Below, one piece after another: positions 7,158 to 16,253 of a DNA stretch of 64,000 nucleotides (its first letter is position 1; each line of letters opens with the position of its first letter). The translations under genes were made by a program, and so were the position numbers. Source of the DNA: a virus. Taxonomy: Duplodnaviria; Caudoviricetes. The notes under the pieces are model-generated. The model saw only the letters and a program-made list of their open reading frames with translations. It ran no database searches and had not been told where the DNA came from. Location of the stretch: IMG/VR virus record IMGVR_UViG_2767802067_000002, positions 47,332 to 111,331 of that record, one strand, 5' to 3'.

Positions 7158-9002
7158 TCAGGCCGCGAGGGCCAGCCAGGGGCGCCCCTGGCCCGGCGCG
7201 TACCGGCTGATCTCCTCGCCGGTGATGCACTCGGTCAGGGCGCACATCAAGATCTCGGCGACGTTGGGCGTCACCGCGTTGCCGTACTGCTTGACCCGGG
7301 CCCTCTTCGAGCCGAGCACGATGTAGTCGTCCGCGAAGCTCATCGCGCGGCCGATCTCGTGGGGCTGGAGCATCCGGAACAGGACCCGCGAGAGGTCCCA
7401 CTCGCCGTCCGGGGTGATGAACGCGAACCTGTCGCGGGTCGACTGGGTGCCCATCGGCTCGCTCACCGGCTTGGCCCGGCCGTTGCCGTAGTACGGGACG
7501 AGGAGGCCGTCCCCGGGGGTCACCAGCGACTGGTGGCCCGCCGCGGTCAGGGTCCGCAGCGGCTCGCTGACCGGGGTGCACATCTGACCGGGATCGCCGT
7601 TCGGGGTGTTGTTCCGCATCACGAACGCGGAGGTCACCAAGCCGTGGTGGTTGCCGCCGGCCGACACGGTGTGCAGCGGCTCCCGGATGTGCCTGGCCTT
7701 CTCCAGGTCGCCGCCGCCGCGCATCGGGATGATGAACGGCGCGTAGGCGAGGGCCGTCTCCAGCCTGGTCGTCTGGGTGCGCAGCGGGTCGTCCAGGCGC
7801 ATCGCCTTCTTCCCGTCGCGGCCCTCGCAGGGAATCAGCAGCGGCGGGATCACCAGGCCGTCGCTCTCGCGGGTGGTGCGGGTCGCCATCGGGTCGCAGA
7901 CGCTCGCGGCGCCGTTCCGCCAGGTGCCGCCGGTCGGGACGAGCAGCGGGCCCGGCTGGCCGCCGGTCAGATCGTCGCCGAACAGCGCACCCTGCTGGTC
8001 CCCGAGCGGGCCGCCGGGGGTCGGCCAGAACTTCTCGACCCCGGCCCGGATGCGGGCCATCGTGTTCGGGGCCAGCCCTTCCGGGCACTCCTCGGACTTC
8101 GGCCGGTCACCGATGGGCGTTCCTTCGATCCCCCAGTCGATCGCCGCGGCGGCCGGGAGGACGTCGGGCTCGACGACCTGGCCGCACGAGGACTTCGGGC
8201 ACCGGTAGGTGTAGCTGGCGCGGTACCGGCCCATGTCCTGGCCTGGCTTGTTGAACACCTGCATCGAGTCGACCCACTCGGCGCAGTTGACGCAGAACGC
8301 CTTGGGGCGGAGCCACTTGTCCCAGTCGGGGTGGCGGCCAAGGGACTTGTGCCAGTACGCGACGTACAGCCGGTCGCGGCTCTGCGGGGCACGGTGCACG
8401 CTGCGCGGGTCGGCGTGCATCGAGTTCAGCGCGATGACCCGCACGAAGTAGCCGAGCTTGCGGATCTCGTTCAGCCACTGGTCCCAGTCGACCCAGCTCC
8501 TGACGTCCGTCACGTTCTCGACCACTCCGGCCTTGACCAGGCCGCCGCGCTCGATCACCCCGCGCAGGTAGAGCGGCACCTCCTCCATCAGGGCCCGCGA
8601 CTCTTCCTCCTCCTTCGTGGGGCCGACCGGCTGCCCGTTCTCGTCGAGGAGCGCGGCCTCCTGCTCGGCGTACAGGCTCAGCAGGTCACCCTGCATCGCC
8701 TTGTCGAAGTCCCGCTTCTTGCCCTTGGCGGATGACCAATTGGTGCACTCTGGGGAGGCCCAGAACAGGTCCGTAATCTCCCACGCCCAGACCGGGGCCT
8801 TGCGGATGTCGCCCCGGTAGTGGGCGACGCCGGGGAAGTTGGCCTCGTGGCTGTCGATGGCCTGCTTCCAGTGGTTCGCCGCGCGGGCCACCCGCAGGCC
8901 GGGCACCGCGTGCATGCCCTGGGACGAGCCGCCTGCCCCGCTGAACCAGTCTTGGACCGTGAGCTCGTTCTGGTCGGCCCACTTCGTCCGCATCGCTGCC
9001 AT
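7158..9002 (-). CDS. DNA (cytosine-5) methyltransferase
   Basis: DWFSGAGG (I), WASPECT (IV), VVENV (VI), PQSRDR (VIII), RMLQPHEIGRAMSF (IX), QYGNAV (X). Confidence 0.93.
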   Translation of the reverse strand: MAAMRTKWADQNELTVQDWFSGAGGSSQGMHAVPGLRVARAANHWKQAIDSHEANFPGVAHYRGDIRKAPVWAWEITDLFWASPECTNWSSAKGKKRDFDKAMQGDLLSLYAEQEAALLDENGQPVGPTKEEEESRALMEEVPLYLRGVIERGGLVKAGVVENVTDVRSWVDWDQWLNEIRKLGYFVRVIALNSMHADPRSVHRAPQSRDRLYVAYWHKSLGRHPDWDKWLRPKAFCVNCAEWVDSMQVFNKPGQDMGRYRASYTYRCPKSSCGQVVEPDVLPAAAAIDWGIEGTPIGDRPKSEECPEGLAPNTMARIRAGVEKFWPTPGGPLGDQQGALFGDDLTGGQPGPLLVPTGGTWRNGAASVCDPMATRTTRESDGLVIPPLLIPCEGRDGKKAMRLDDPLRTQTTRLETALAYAPFIIPMRGGGDLEKARHIREPLHTVSAGGNHHGLVTSAFVMRNNTPNGDPGQMCTPVSEPLRTLTAAGHQSLVTPGDGLLVPYYGNGRAKPVSEPMGTQSTRDRFAFITPDGEWDLSRVLFRMLQPHEIGRAMSFADDYIVLGSKRARVKQYGNAVTPNVAEILMCALTECITGEEISRYAPGQGRPWLALAA

Positions 9003-9094
9003 CGTTTCGCTCTCTTCCCGCTGGGGTCGGTGGTGGGTTGGCCGGCCGGGCGGGATTCCCGCCCCGCCCGGTCGGCGGGGGTGGTGAGGGTAGG

Positions 9095-9190
9095 TCAGCC
9101 GCGGCGCGCGGCGCTGGTCTGGACGACGCTTCCGCGCAGCCTCTCGGGGAGGCCCCCGAGGCTCGGGGCGCTGTCGCTGGTGGCTCGCAT
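9095..9190 (-). CDS. possible 31-aa peptide MRATSDSAPSLGG...
   Basis: GAAGGAAG RBS right after a B-type promoter; stop precedes an H1 hairpin. Confidence 0.4.
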   Translation of the reverse strand: MRATSDSAPSLGGLPERLRGSVVQTSAARRG

Positions 9191-9227
9191 GTTCTTCCTT
9201 CGCTGGTGGGTTGGTGTGTTGTTGATC

Positions 9228-9290
9228 TACTTCCATCATTCCCAAGTGGATTTGAGCTAACCCATTTGACCAAATGGATTTAGGAAAGAT
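9228..9290 (-). promoter_or_regulatory. B-type element: AT-rich, three ~12-bp CAAAT-NN-ATTTG-like boxes at 14-bp period plus AATGAT
   Basis: Boxes start at 9243, 9257, 9271; eight related elements in the window. Confidence 0.75.
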
Positions 9291-9352
9291 TCGGGGCTCG
9301 CAGGCGAACGGGCGGCGGGCATTGTGCCCGCCGCCCGCCTCCTGGCGCTCGG

Positions 9353-10471
9353 TCAGGCCGCGGCGCTGGTGCGGCGCTCGGCGCGGCGGGCGCGGTCGCG
9401 CTCGCGGCGGCAGGTGCGGCAGGTCCGGCGGCTCTTGTGCCGGTAGGTGTTCGCCTCGTCGTAGGCGTGGCCGTTCTTGCAGCGCTCGACCGGCTCCGGG
9501 TGCTGCTCGGCACCGCACTTCGGGCACTGCGCCTCGTGCGCCTCGGGGAACGCGCCGCAGTCGCAGGACCAAGTCTCGATGCACCAGGTCCAGCCGCTGC
9601 CGCCGCCGATGGCGTACAGGCCGTCGGCGTCGCGGGCGATGATCTCGACCGTGCGCTCCGGGTCGCGCTCGTCGTAGTGCTGCCAGCCGACGAGCATCAC
9701 GACGGCCAGGGCGTCGCCGCCGAGGCCGCCGTCGATGACGTGGACGGTATCGAAGGTGCCCGCGCCGTACTGCTCGTTCAGGCGGGCGGTGTCGGCCGCG
9801 AGCTGGCGAGCGGCGTCCAGGGTGAAGCGCGGGCTGACGTAACTGTTCCGGGTGGCGGGCGGGGTGACCCGGGCCGGTGCGCTGATGACGTCGGTGTCGA
9901 TGCACACCCGGGTGTCGATGTCGCCGGCGGGCTCGGGCTTCGCGGCCCGTGCGGCGGCCTGCTGCTCGGCGGCCTGGTTCGCGGCGTACTGCTCGGCCTT
10001 CTCGTCGGCAGGCATCTCGCAGTCCTCGCGGAGCTGGCCGCAGCCCGAGCAGTGGGTCTCGTGCCAGTCGGTGCCGTCGTCGCAGTCGACGCACCACCAG
10101 GACGCCGCGTACCAGCACCACTCCCAGCCGCCGATGCCGTACAGGCCGTCCTCGTCGGGCTCGATGATGTCCGTGCATTCCTCGGGGCCGGAGTCGGGGA
10201 GGTACTGCCAGGAGACCTTGGTGACGATCGCGCGCGGGGTGCCGTCCGGGTTGGTGCCGCCTTCGACGATGTGGACGGTGTCGACGCAGTCGCGGCCGAA
10301 CTCCTCGGCCTGCTGGTCGAGGAACTTGGCGAGCTTGCGGACGGTGGTCAGGTCGAAGCAGGGTGACAGCCAGCCGTTCCACCGGTTGGTCGGGTCGACC
10401 ATGGCCGGGAAGTCGGGGCCGTCGAGGGTCACGAGGGTGGCGACACGGTTGGGGTAGCGGGTGGAGGTCAT
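9353..10471 (-). CDS. hypothetical protein with two copies of a ~120-aa domain, Zn ribbons and a C-terminal CxxGH..CxxC motif
   Basis: PxFxLxxxR...DTVH...GLYxIGG..WxW occurs twice; RCKNGHAYDEANTY...CRTC. Confidence 0.8.
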   Translation of the reverse strand: MTSTRYPNRVATLVTLDGPDFPAMVDPTNRWNGWLSPCFDLTTVRKLAKFLDQQAEEFGRDCVDTVHIVEGGTNPDGTPRAIVTKVSWQYLPDSGPEECTDIIEPDEDGLYGIGGWEWCWYAASWWCVDCDDGTDWHETHCSGCGQLREDCEMPADEKAEQYAANQAAEQQAAARAAKPEPAGDIDTRVCIDTDVISAPARVTPPATRNSYVSPRFTLDAARQLAADTARLNEQYGAGTFDTVHVIDGGLGGDALAVVMLVGWQHYDERDPERTVEIIARDADGLYAIGGGSGWTWCIETWSCDCGAFPEAHEAQCPKCGAEQHPEPVERCKNGHAYDEANTYRHKSRRTCRTCRRERDRARRAERRTSAAA

Positions 10472-10553
10472 CGTTCGCTCCTGCTGGGGTCGGTGGTGGG
10501 TGGCCGGCCGGGCGGGATTCCCGCCCCGCCCGGTCGGCGGAGGTGAGTGGGGG

Positions 10554-11045
10554 TCAGGCGGTGGCGTCGGCGGGCGCGGCCTGGTCGTCGCGGGCGCGGC
10601 CGCAGTTCTCGCAGGTGGCGGTGTGCCACTCGTCGCGCAGGCCGCAGGCGCACTGCCAGGACGCCGTCTCCCAGGCCCAGTGGTTGCCGATCCAGTACCG
10701 GCCGGTGCGGTCCGGGGTGACGATGCGGGTCGCGGCTCGCGGGCTATTGACCGCGCGGTCCCAGGTGATGACCATGACGACGGCCATCGGGACGGACGGG
10801 TCCTCGTCCTCGTCCTCGTCGTCGAAGTCGCGGGGTGCGGGGTCGTTGCCGCTGTCGTCGCCGAGGACGTGGACGGTCACGGTGCCGTCGTGGCCGGCGC
10901 GCTCGGCGAGGGCCTGCGTGGCGGTGGCGAGGGCGCGGGCGTCGGCCAGGGAGAAGGCGTGAGCGCGGTCGGGGGCGTCGAGGTCCACTTCGGCGTTCAC
11001 GACCTGGTCGCCGTCCAGGAGGAGGCGGGTGGGGGTGAGGTGCAT
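10554..11045 (-). CDS. hypothetical protein, paralog of the 9353-10471 domain
   Basis: AFSLADARALA...TVHVL...GRYWIGNHWAW..CACG. Confidence 0.8.
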   Translation of the reverse strand: MHLTPTRLLLDGDQVVNAEVDLDAPDRAHAFSLADARALATATQALAERAGHDGTVTVHVLGDDSGNDPAPRDFDDEDEDEDPSVPMAVVMVITWDRAVNSPRAATRIVTPDRTGRYWIGNHWAWETASWQCACGLRDEWHTATCENCGRARDDQAAPADATA

Positions 11046-11109
11046 GGCGTTCTCCTCTGTCGGGGTCTGCGGTTGCTGGTGGGCTGTGCTGGATGGGGCT
11101 GGCGGTCGG

Positions 11110-11565
11110 TCAGAACAGGGCCGGCTGAGCGAGGGCCGGGGCGGGGGCGGGGCGGCGGATGCGCGGCTTGGCGCCGAGCTCGGGGACCTGCTGGCCGGTC
11201 CGCTCGGTCCACCAGCTCGCGAAGTGCTGGCGGTGGCAGAAGTTGCCGGGCTTGCTCAGAACGTCGAAGCACAGGAGGACGAGCGGGGTGTCTCCGGCGC
11301 CGATCGCGTCGCCGATGGCCTCCAGTTCGGCGCGGACCTTGGCGACGCCGACCTTGTCGAGCTGGTCGCGGTAGCGGAGCTCGTAGGCGTCCTCGGCGAG
11401 GTCCGCGGCGAGGAGCCCCCAGCTCGGGGTGAGGGTGCGGGCGTGCCCGGCGACCGGCTCGAAGAAGGACCGGGCCGCCCCGGCCGTGGTGCGCACGGGG
11501 ACGCCCATCGTGAGCCGGTACTCCTGGTAGGTGCAGGTCGCGAGGTTCAGCTGGCCAGGGAGCAT
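11110..11565 (-). CDS. DUF488-like protein
   Basis: LTPSW...YELRY...LVLLCFD...CHR motif. Confidence 0.7.
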   Translation of the reverse strand: MLPGQLNLATCTYQEYRLTMGVPVRTTAGAARSFFEPVAGHARTLTPSWGLLAADLAEDAYELRYRDQLDKVGVAKVRAELEAIGDAIGAGDTPLVLLCFDVLSKPGNFCHRQHFASWWTERTGQQVPELGAKPRIRRPAPAPALAQPALF

Positions 11566-11605
11566 CGCGCGTCCTTCCTGTCGGGGTCTGTGGTGGTTTG
11601 TGGTG

Positions 11606-11692
11606 CTACCAAGATCATTTCCCGTGGGGCCCTGGCTAACCCATTTGGCCAAATGAATTTGACAAAGAGTTCGCCAGGAACCCGCAGGTCAG
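11606..11692 (-). promoter_or_regulatory. B-type element with CTGACCTGCG motif
   Basis: Boxes at 11636 and 11650; GAAATGAT. Confidence 0.7.
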
Positions 11693-12075
11693 AGGGCTTC
11701 CGGCTCGAACGGGATCAGCGGGAACAGGCCGTCCGTCGCGTACCAGCACCACTCGTGGCCGCCGACCGCGTACCGGCCGTCCGCGTTCGGCCGCAGGATC
11801 TCGGCGGCCTCCTCGGCGCGCTCGCCGCCGAGGTACATCCAGCACACGACCAGCACGACCGCGTGCGCGGTGCCGCTCACGTCGCCGTCCAGCACGTGCA
11901 CCGTGTCCACCGAGCCGTGCCCGTACCGGGCGGCCTCCTCCTGGCTGGCGGCCGCGATCTCGCGCACGGTCTCCAGGTCGAACCAGGGCTTCACGTAGCC
12001 GTCGCGCTGGTCGGCGGGGTCCACCATCGCCGGGTACCGGTCGCGGTCGTTGCAGCACACCAGGGTCTGGATCAT
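11689..12075 (-). CDS. hypothetical protein, single-domain paralog of 9353-10471
   Basis: YPAMVDP...PWFDLETVR...DTVHVLDG...YAVGGHEWCWY. Confidence 0.8.
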   Translation of the reverse strand: MIQTLVCCNDRDRYPAMVDPADQRDGYVKPWFDLETVREIAAASQEEAARYGHGSVDTVHVLDGDVSGTAHAVVLVVCWMYLGGERAEEAAEILRPNADGRYAVGGHEWCWYATDGLFPLIPFEPEAL

Positions 12076-12151
12076 CGGTCTCTCCTCCGGTTATGGGTCC
12101 GGCCGGGTCCGGGGCTCGCGCCCCGGCCCGGCCGGCTGGTCTGGCGGTCGG

Positions 12152-12616
12152 TCAGTCGAGCGGCAGGGTCGCCGCGAGGCCCAGGTCGACCCGGTAGGCG
12201 GGGCGGCCGCCCCGGCTGGGCAGTGCGGTGCACACCGGGCGCCAGGTCGGCGCCGTCGACTCGTCCAGGTACTGCGTCCACTCGGTGACGTCGTGCAGGC
12301 CCACCTCGGCGTCCTCGACACCCGGGGTGGTCGCGAACGTCAGCTCCTCCCAGCCGCCCGTCCAGTAGCGGCCGGTCAGGGACAGCTCGCCGTCCGCGCC
12401 CTGGACCAGCTCGGCGTGCGCGGCGTCGAAGCCGGCGCCGGGCTCGCAGTTCGTCAGGATGTCGCGCACCGCGGCGGCCAGGACGACGAGCATCACGCGG
12501 CCCAGCCGCTGGCGGTCGCCCTGCTCCTCGATGAGAACGGCGTCGACCGCAGCGCCGATCGCCTCGCCGTCGGGCAGGTTGTAGGCGGGGGGCTGGGTGG
12601 GGCTGTGGGCGGGCAT
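12152..12616 (-). CDS. hypothetical protein (154 aa)
   Basis: MPAHSPTQ start with AGGAGG RBS. Confidence 0.75.
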   Translation of the reverse strand: MPAHSPTQPPAYNLPDGEAIGAAVDAVLIEEQGDRQRLGRVMLVVLAAAVRDILTNCEPGAGFDAAHAELVQGADGELSLTGRYWTGGWEELTFATTPGVEDAEVGLHDVTEWTQYLDESTAPTWRPVCTALPSRGGRPAYRVDLGLAATLPLD

Positions 12617-12702
12617 TGGGCCTCCTGTGCGGGGTCGGGTGGGGTGAGGGAAGCCGGCCGGGCCGGGGCGCCGCTTGGGGGTGCCCTGGCCCGGCCTGGC
12701 GG

Positions 12703-13146
12703 TCAGAGATCGAACAGGGTGGGCGGCGCGGCGGGCGCCTGCCGGGGCTGGGCGCCCAGCTCGGGGATCACCTCGCCGGTGACCTCCTCGTACCACCGCG
12801 AAAACTGGTTCCGGTGGCACCAGTTGCCGGGCTTGCTGAGCACGTCGAAGCAGAGCAGGACGAGCGGGGTGTCGCCCGCCCCGCTCCGGCGGGCGATGAA
12901 CTCCAGCTCGGCGCGGATCGCGTCGATGCCGGTCGCGTTGAGCATCCGCCGGTACTGGAGCTCGTAGGCGTCGGCCGGGAGGCCGTTGCGGGCGGCGTCG
13001 ACCAGGTCGCGGCTCGGGGTGATGCTCTGGGCGTGGCCGGCGACCGGCTCGGTGAAGAACCTGGCTCCTCCGACCGTGGTCCGGACCGCCAGGCCCATCG
13101 GGGGCCGGTACTCCTGGTAGGTGCAGGTCGCGAGGTTGAGGATCAT
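12703..13146 (-). CDS. DUF488-like protein, paralog of 11110-11565
   Basis: LNLATCTYQEYR and GDTPLVLLCFDVLSKPGNxCHR shared. Confidence 0.7.
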   Translation of the reverse strand: MILNLATCTYQEYRPPMGLAVRTTVGGARFFTEPVAGHAQSITPSRDLVDAARNGLPADAYELQYRRMLNATGIDAIRAELEFIARRSGAGDTPLVLLCFDVLSKPGNWCHRNQFSRWYEEVTGEVIPELGAQPRQAPAAPPTLFDL

Positions 13147-13220
13147 GCTGGGCGGTTCCTTTCGGTGCTGCTGGTGGTGGGGGGTCATCTTGGGGCCTTT
13201 CGCGGTTCGGGGTGGCGGTG

Positions 13221-13267
13221 TAGTGGGTAGCCACTATGGCCAACGCCTGAGCCGCCCTGTGGTTCCG
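13221..13267 (-). promoter_or_regulatory. A-type promoter/operator (CGGAAC-N16-CGTTGG)
   Basis: TAGTGGGTAGCCACTA at 13221-13236. Confidence 0.8.
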
Positions 13268-13309
13268 GGAGGACCCCGGGGGTTCGCTGCAAAACCGCAG
13301 GTCACCGGC

Positions 13310-14140
13310 TTACGCGGCGATGCCGAACAAGCCGAGCTGGAGCGGCTGGCGCTGGAGCCAGTCGTAGGTGCGGAGCGGGCCGCCCGCGTACCCGGGGATG
13401 AACACCAGGCAGGTCCGGACGTTCGTCCCGCAGACCGCGAAGCTGTCCTCGGGCAGAGCCTCGATCTCGCCGCCGACCTCCTCGACCATCGCGCGGAACT
13501 CGACCGAGGCGCGGTCGCTCCACCACATCAGGCCCTGGGACATCACGGAGACCAGGATCCCGTCGTCCTTCATGAACCCGATCGCGTGCTTGATGTGGTC
13601 CAGGCCCCTGGCGAAGGGCGGGTTCATCACGATCCGGTCGAAGCCCTCCGGGTAGTCCAGTGGGTCCAGGGAGAGGAAGTCGTCGCGGATCACCGCCCGG
13701 CAGTCGCCCTGCCGGCGGAGGACGTCGGCGCGCACGGGGTCGATCTCGACGGCGTCGACCAGGGCGCCGCGCCTGGCGAGCTCGGCGGTCAGGGCGCCCG
13801 ACCCGGCCGAGGGCTCCAGGACGGTCGTCCCGGCGTAGACGCCGGCGAGGTCGCAGATCTGCATGGTCAGGCTCGGCGGGGTCGGGAACCAGCCCTGCTC
13901 GGTGCGGGTGGGGAACTCGCCGGCCGTGAGGCACTGCCGCATGTGCTCCTCGACCCGGTACGGGAAGACGTGGGCTCGGACCGCCGTGCGGCTGTCCCAG
14001 CGGCCGCCCATCTCCTTGAGGACGCGGTCCACCTGCTCGTACACGGGGCGGTCGAGCTCGAAGGGGATGCGCACCCGGTCGTCGCGGATCTCGGTGCGCG
14101 GGTCGGTGAGGACGGCCAGGGCGTCGCTGGGGAATCGCAT
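13310..14140 (-). CDS. SAM-dependent amino (N6-adenine-type) DNA methyltransferase
   Basis: WFPTP, VLEPSAGSG, AVEID, DFL, IVMNPPF; C-terminal QLGLF. Confidence 0.88.
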   Translation of the reverse strand: MRFPSDALAVLTDPRTEIRDDRVRIPFELDRPVYEQVDRVLKEMGGRWDSRTAVRAHVFPYRVEEHMRQCLTAGEFPTRTEQGWFPTPPSLTMQICDLAGVYAGTTVLEPSAGSGALTAELARRGALVDAVEIDPVRADVLRRQGDCRAVIRDDFLSLDPLDYPEGFDRIVMNPPFARGLDHIKHAIGFMKDDGILVSVMSQGLMWWSDRASVEFRAMVEEVGGEIEALPEDSFAVCGTNVRTCLVFIPGYAGGPLRTYDWLQRQPLQLGLFGIAA

Positions 14141-14173
14141 GGGGCTCCGATCTCTCTCGGCTGGGGGTGGGGT

Positions 14174-14206
14174 GGGGCGCACCGCGGTTCGGTCGGGGTG
14201 CGCCCC
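14174..14206 (-). repeat. Intergenic hairpin family H2 (loop ACCGAAC on the minus strand). Copies also at ~14972-15004, 22898-22947, 47022-47060.
   Basis: CGGTTCGGTCGGG core within differing inverted-repeat stems. Confidence 0.75.
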
Positions 14207-14216
14207 TGGGTGGCCT

Positions 14217-14232
14217 TAGTGGCTACCCACTA
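14217..14232. promoter_or_regulatory. Stand-alone A operator (inverted). Others at 15018-15033, 20307-20322, 21722-21737, 22283-22298.
   Basis: TAGTGGCTACCCACTA. Confidence 0.8.
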
Positions 14233-14240
14233 TGTGAGGG

Positions 14241-14858
14241 TCAAGCGGAAATCCGGGTGTAGACGAGCTGCCAGAACTTGTCGACCGGAATGCCGTACTG
14301 GGCGGCCCGGGCGTACCCGAGGGTGATGGTGCCGGGGGCGACCTTGAGCTGCTGGAAGTCGGCCGGGAACTGGGCGTCGACCAGTTCGGCGAGATCGGCG
14401 CCGGCGATGGTGCCGACCTGCTCGGGCTCGACGTGGCGCTCCTTGCGGAACGCCACGGTCTCGATCTTGTAGGTGGCGTCCGTGTCGACGTCCAGAATCG
14501 GGGTGCTGACCTTGGTGTAGATGCGCCGGCGGGTCATCTGGCCGTTCTTCTTGCTGGGCAGCGTCCAGCGCACGGTGATGGTGGAGGAGCCCTCCTCCTG
14601 CTCGATCACGTTGTAGGGGGCCACGAGGCAGGCGTAGAGCTCGGCGCGGAGGTCGGCGCCGGACACGTACTGCTCTCCGCTGGAGTCGCTCTTGCCGTCG
14701 AACCACACCTCGCCCTGGGAGAGGTAGACCGCGGCGGTGTCGATCGCGTAGCTCTCCAGGACGGCTTCGACCATCTCGCGGATGCCGGGGCGGCCGACGG
14801 CCGAGCGGGGGATGGTGTGGCGGATGATGGCGGCCGCGGCGGGAGTGGTGGTGCGCAT
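14241..14858 (-). CDS. hypothetical protein (205 aa)
   Basis: AAGGAG RBS; follows an A-type promoter. Confidence 0.8.
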   Translation of the reverse strand: MRTTTPAAAAIIRHTIPRSAVGRPGIREMVEAVLESYAIDTAAVYLSQGEVWFDGKSDSSGEQYVSGADLRAELYACLVAPYNVIEQEEGSSTITVRWTLPSKKNGQMTRRRIYTKVSTPILDVDTDATYKIETVAFRKERHVEPEQVGTIAGADLAELVDAQFPADFQQLKVAPGTITLGYARAAQYGIPVDKFWQLVYTRISA

Positions 14859-14886
14859 TGGGGCTCCTTGGTGAGGCGGGATGGCT

Positions 14887-14933
14887 TAGTGGGTAGCCAA
14901 TATGACTAACGCTTGAGGGGGCTTGTGGTGCCG
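14887..14933 (-). promoter_or_regulatory. A-type promoter/operator (CGGCAC-N16-CGTTAG)
   Basis: TAGTGGGTAGCCAATA at 14887-14902. Confidence 0.75.
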
Positions 14934-15041
14934 GGTGGATCGCGGTGAATTCGCAGGGGAGGGCGGGTGGTGGGGCGCGCCCCGGTTCGGTCGGGACGCA
15001 CCCCGTGGGGCCACTCATAGTGGCTACCCACTATCAACAGG

Positions 15042-16253
15042 TCAGGCGGCGGCCAGCTCCGGGTTGATCCGGATGATGGAGCCCTCGCGCACCGAGGCGA
15101 TGGCCTCGGCCTTCCGCATGTTGGCCTGCGCCTTGGAGATGACGTCGGCCAGGTGCTTGAGGCGCAGCGAGTAGCCGCCGACTCCGCCGGGGGTGCCGGC
15201 GAGCAGCAGGGCCAGCTCCTCCGGGTCGGCCGCGGCCAGGTCGGCGAGCACCTGGCCCGCGCCGCTCATGCTGTCGACCCGGCCGACGAGCTTCTTGCGC
15301 TCGCCCTGGATGCGCTCGCGCTCGGACTCGGGGAGGTGCGCCGCACCTCCGGGCAGCAGCTCGCCCTGCTGGTCCTTCGTCTGCCGCGGGGCCTCGTCGG
15401 CGAGGACGAAGAAGCTGCCCTGGTCGGCCTGCCGCTTCTCCTCGGAGTGGGCGGCCTGGGCGAACGCCTCGGCGTCGCGGACGGTCTTGAACTCGCCGCG
15501 CGCCCACTTCCCGAGGAACCGCTGCTGGTTGTCGGGGCTGAGCTGCGCGACGTACCAGGAGAGGCCGACCGGCAGGTGGCCCTTGGCGAGGGCGTCCTGC
15601 GCGGCGTCGCTGAGCTTGAGGAGGTCGATCCGCCAGCCCACGTACTGGACGGACTTGCCGACCATCTTCGCGACCTGGGCGGGCTCGTAGCCGTGCTCGT
15701 CCACGAGGCGCTTGAAGGACTTCGCCTCCTCCATCGGGGTCATGTCCGCGCGGGCCGCGTTCTCGGCGACCTGCTCGGCCAAGGTCTTGCCCGCCTCGGC
15801 CTCCCCGCCGCTTCGGACGACGGTCTTCATGTGGGTGAGGCCGGCGAGCTGCGCGGAGTGCCACCGTCGCTCGCCCACCACGATCACGTAGCGCTTGACG
15901 CCGATCTTGCGGACGGTGATCGCCTGGAGCTGGCCGAGCTCCTTCATCGACTCGGCGAGCTCCTGGATCTTGACCGGGTCGAACTCCTCGCGGGGCTGGT
16001 CCGGGTCGGGCTCGATCTGCTCGATCGGGATCAGCTTGTGCGTCTCGCGCACCTCACTGGCGGCCGCTTCGACCTTCTCGGCGGCCACCTCGCGGCGCTT
16101 CTGGACCCGGGTGGGCTCGATCGGCTCGGCGGCCTTCTTCGCGGCGCGCGGCTTGGCGGGGGCCGCCTTCTTCGCGGCCGCCGGCTTGGCGGGCGCGGCG
16201 GCCTTCTTCGCGGCGCGGGGCTTGGCGGCCTTGGTGGCAGGGGTGGCGGTCAT
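15042..16253 (-). CDS. ParB/RepB/Spo0J-family protein (403 aa; shortest in-frame unit of a 1183-aa frame)
   Basis: IEPDPDQPR, GQLQAITVR, IVVGERRW, ENAARADMTPMEEA, HTH; Lys/Ala-rich N-tail; own RBS and B-type promoter. Confidence 0.88.
   Translation of the reverse strand: MTATPATKAAKPRAAKKAAAPAKPAAAKKAAPAKPRAAKKAAEPIEPTRVQKRREVAAEKVEAAASEVRETHKLIPIEQIEPDPDQPREEFDPVKIQELAESMKELGQLQAITVRKIGVKRYVIVVGERRWHSAQLAGLTHMKTVVRSGGEAEAGKTLAEQVAENAARADMTPMEEAKSFKRLVDEHGYEPAQVAKMVGKSVQYVGWRIDLLKLSDAAQDALAKGHLPVGLSWYVAQLSPDNQQRFLGKWARGEFKTVRDAEAFAQAAHSEEKRQADQGSFFVLADEAPRQTKDQQGELLPGGAAHLPESERERIQGERKKLVGRVDSMSGAGQVLADLAAADPEELALLLAGTPGGVGGYSLRLKHLADVISKAQANMRKAEAIASVREGSIIRINPELAAA

Noticed and set aside
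2364-10382. ORF-track lengths of 1049 aa and 1074 aa for the PAPS-reductase and C5-MTase genes
   Set aside because: The upstream parts are Arg/Pro-rich off-frame reads of other genes. Good RBS and starts lie at 4379 and 9002.
9353-13146. Diversity-generating retroelement behind the paralogs
   Set aside because: No reverse transcriptase, and the differences are not adenine-specific.
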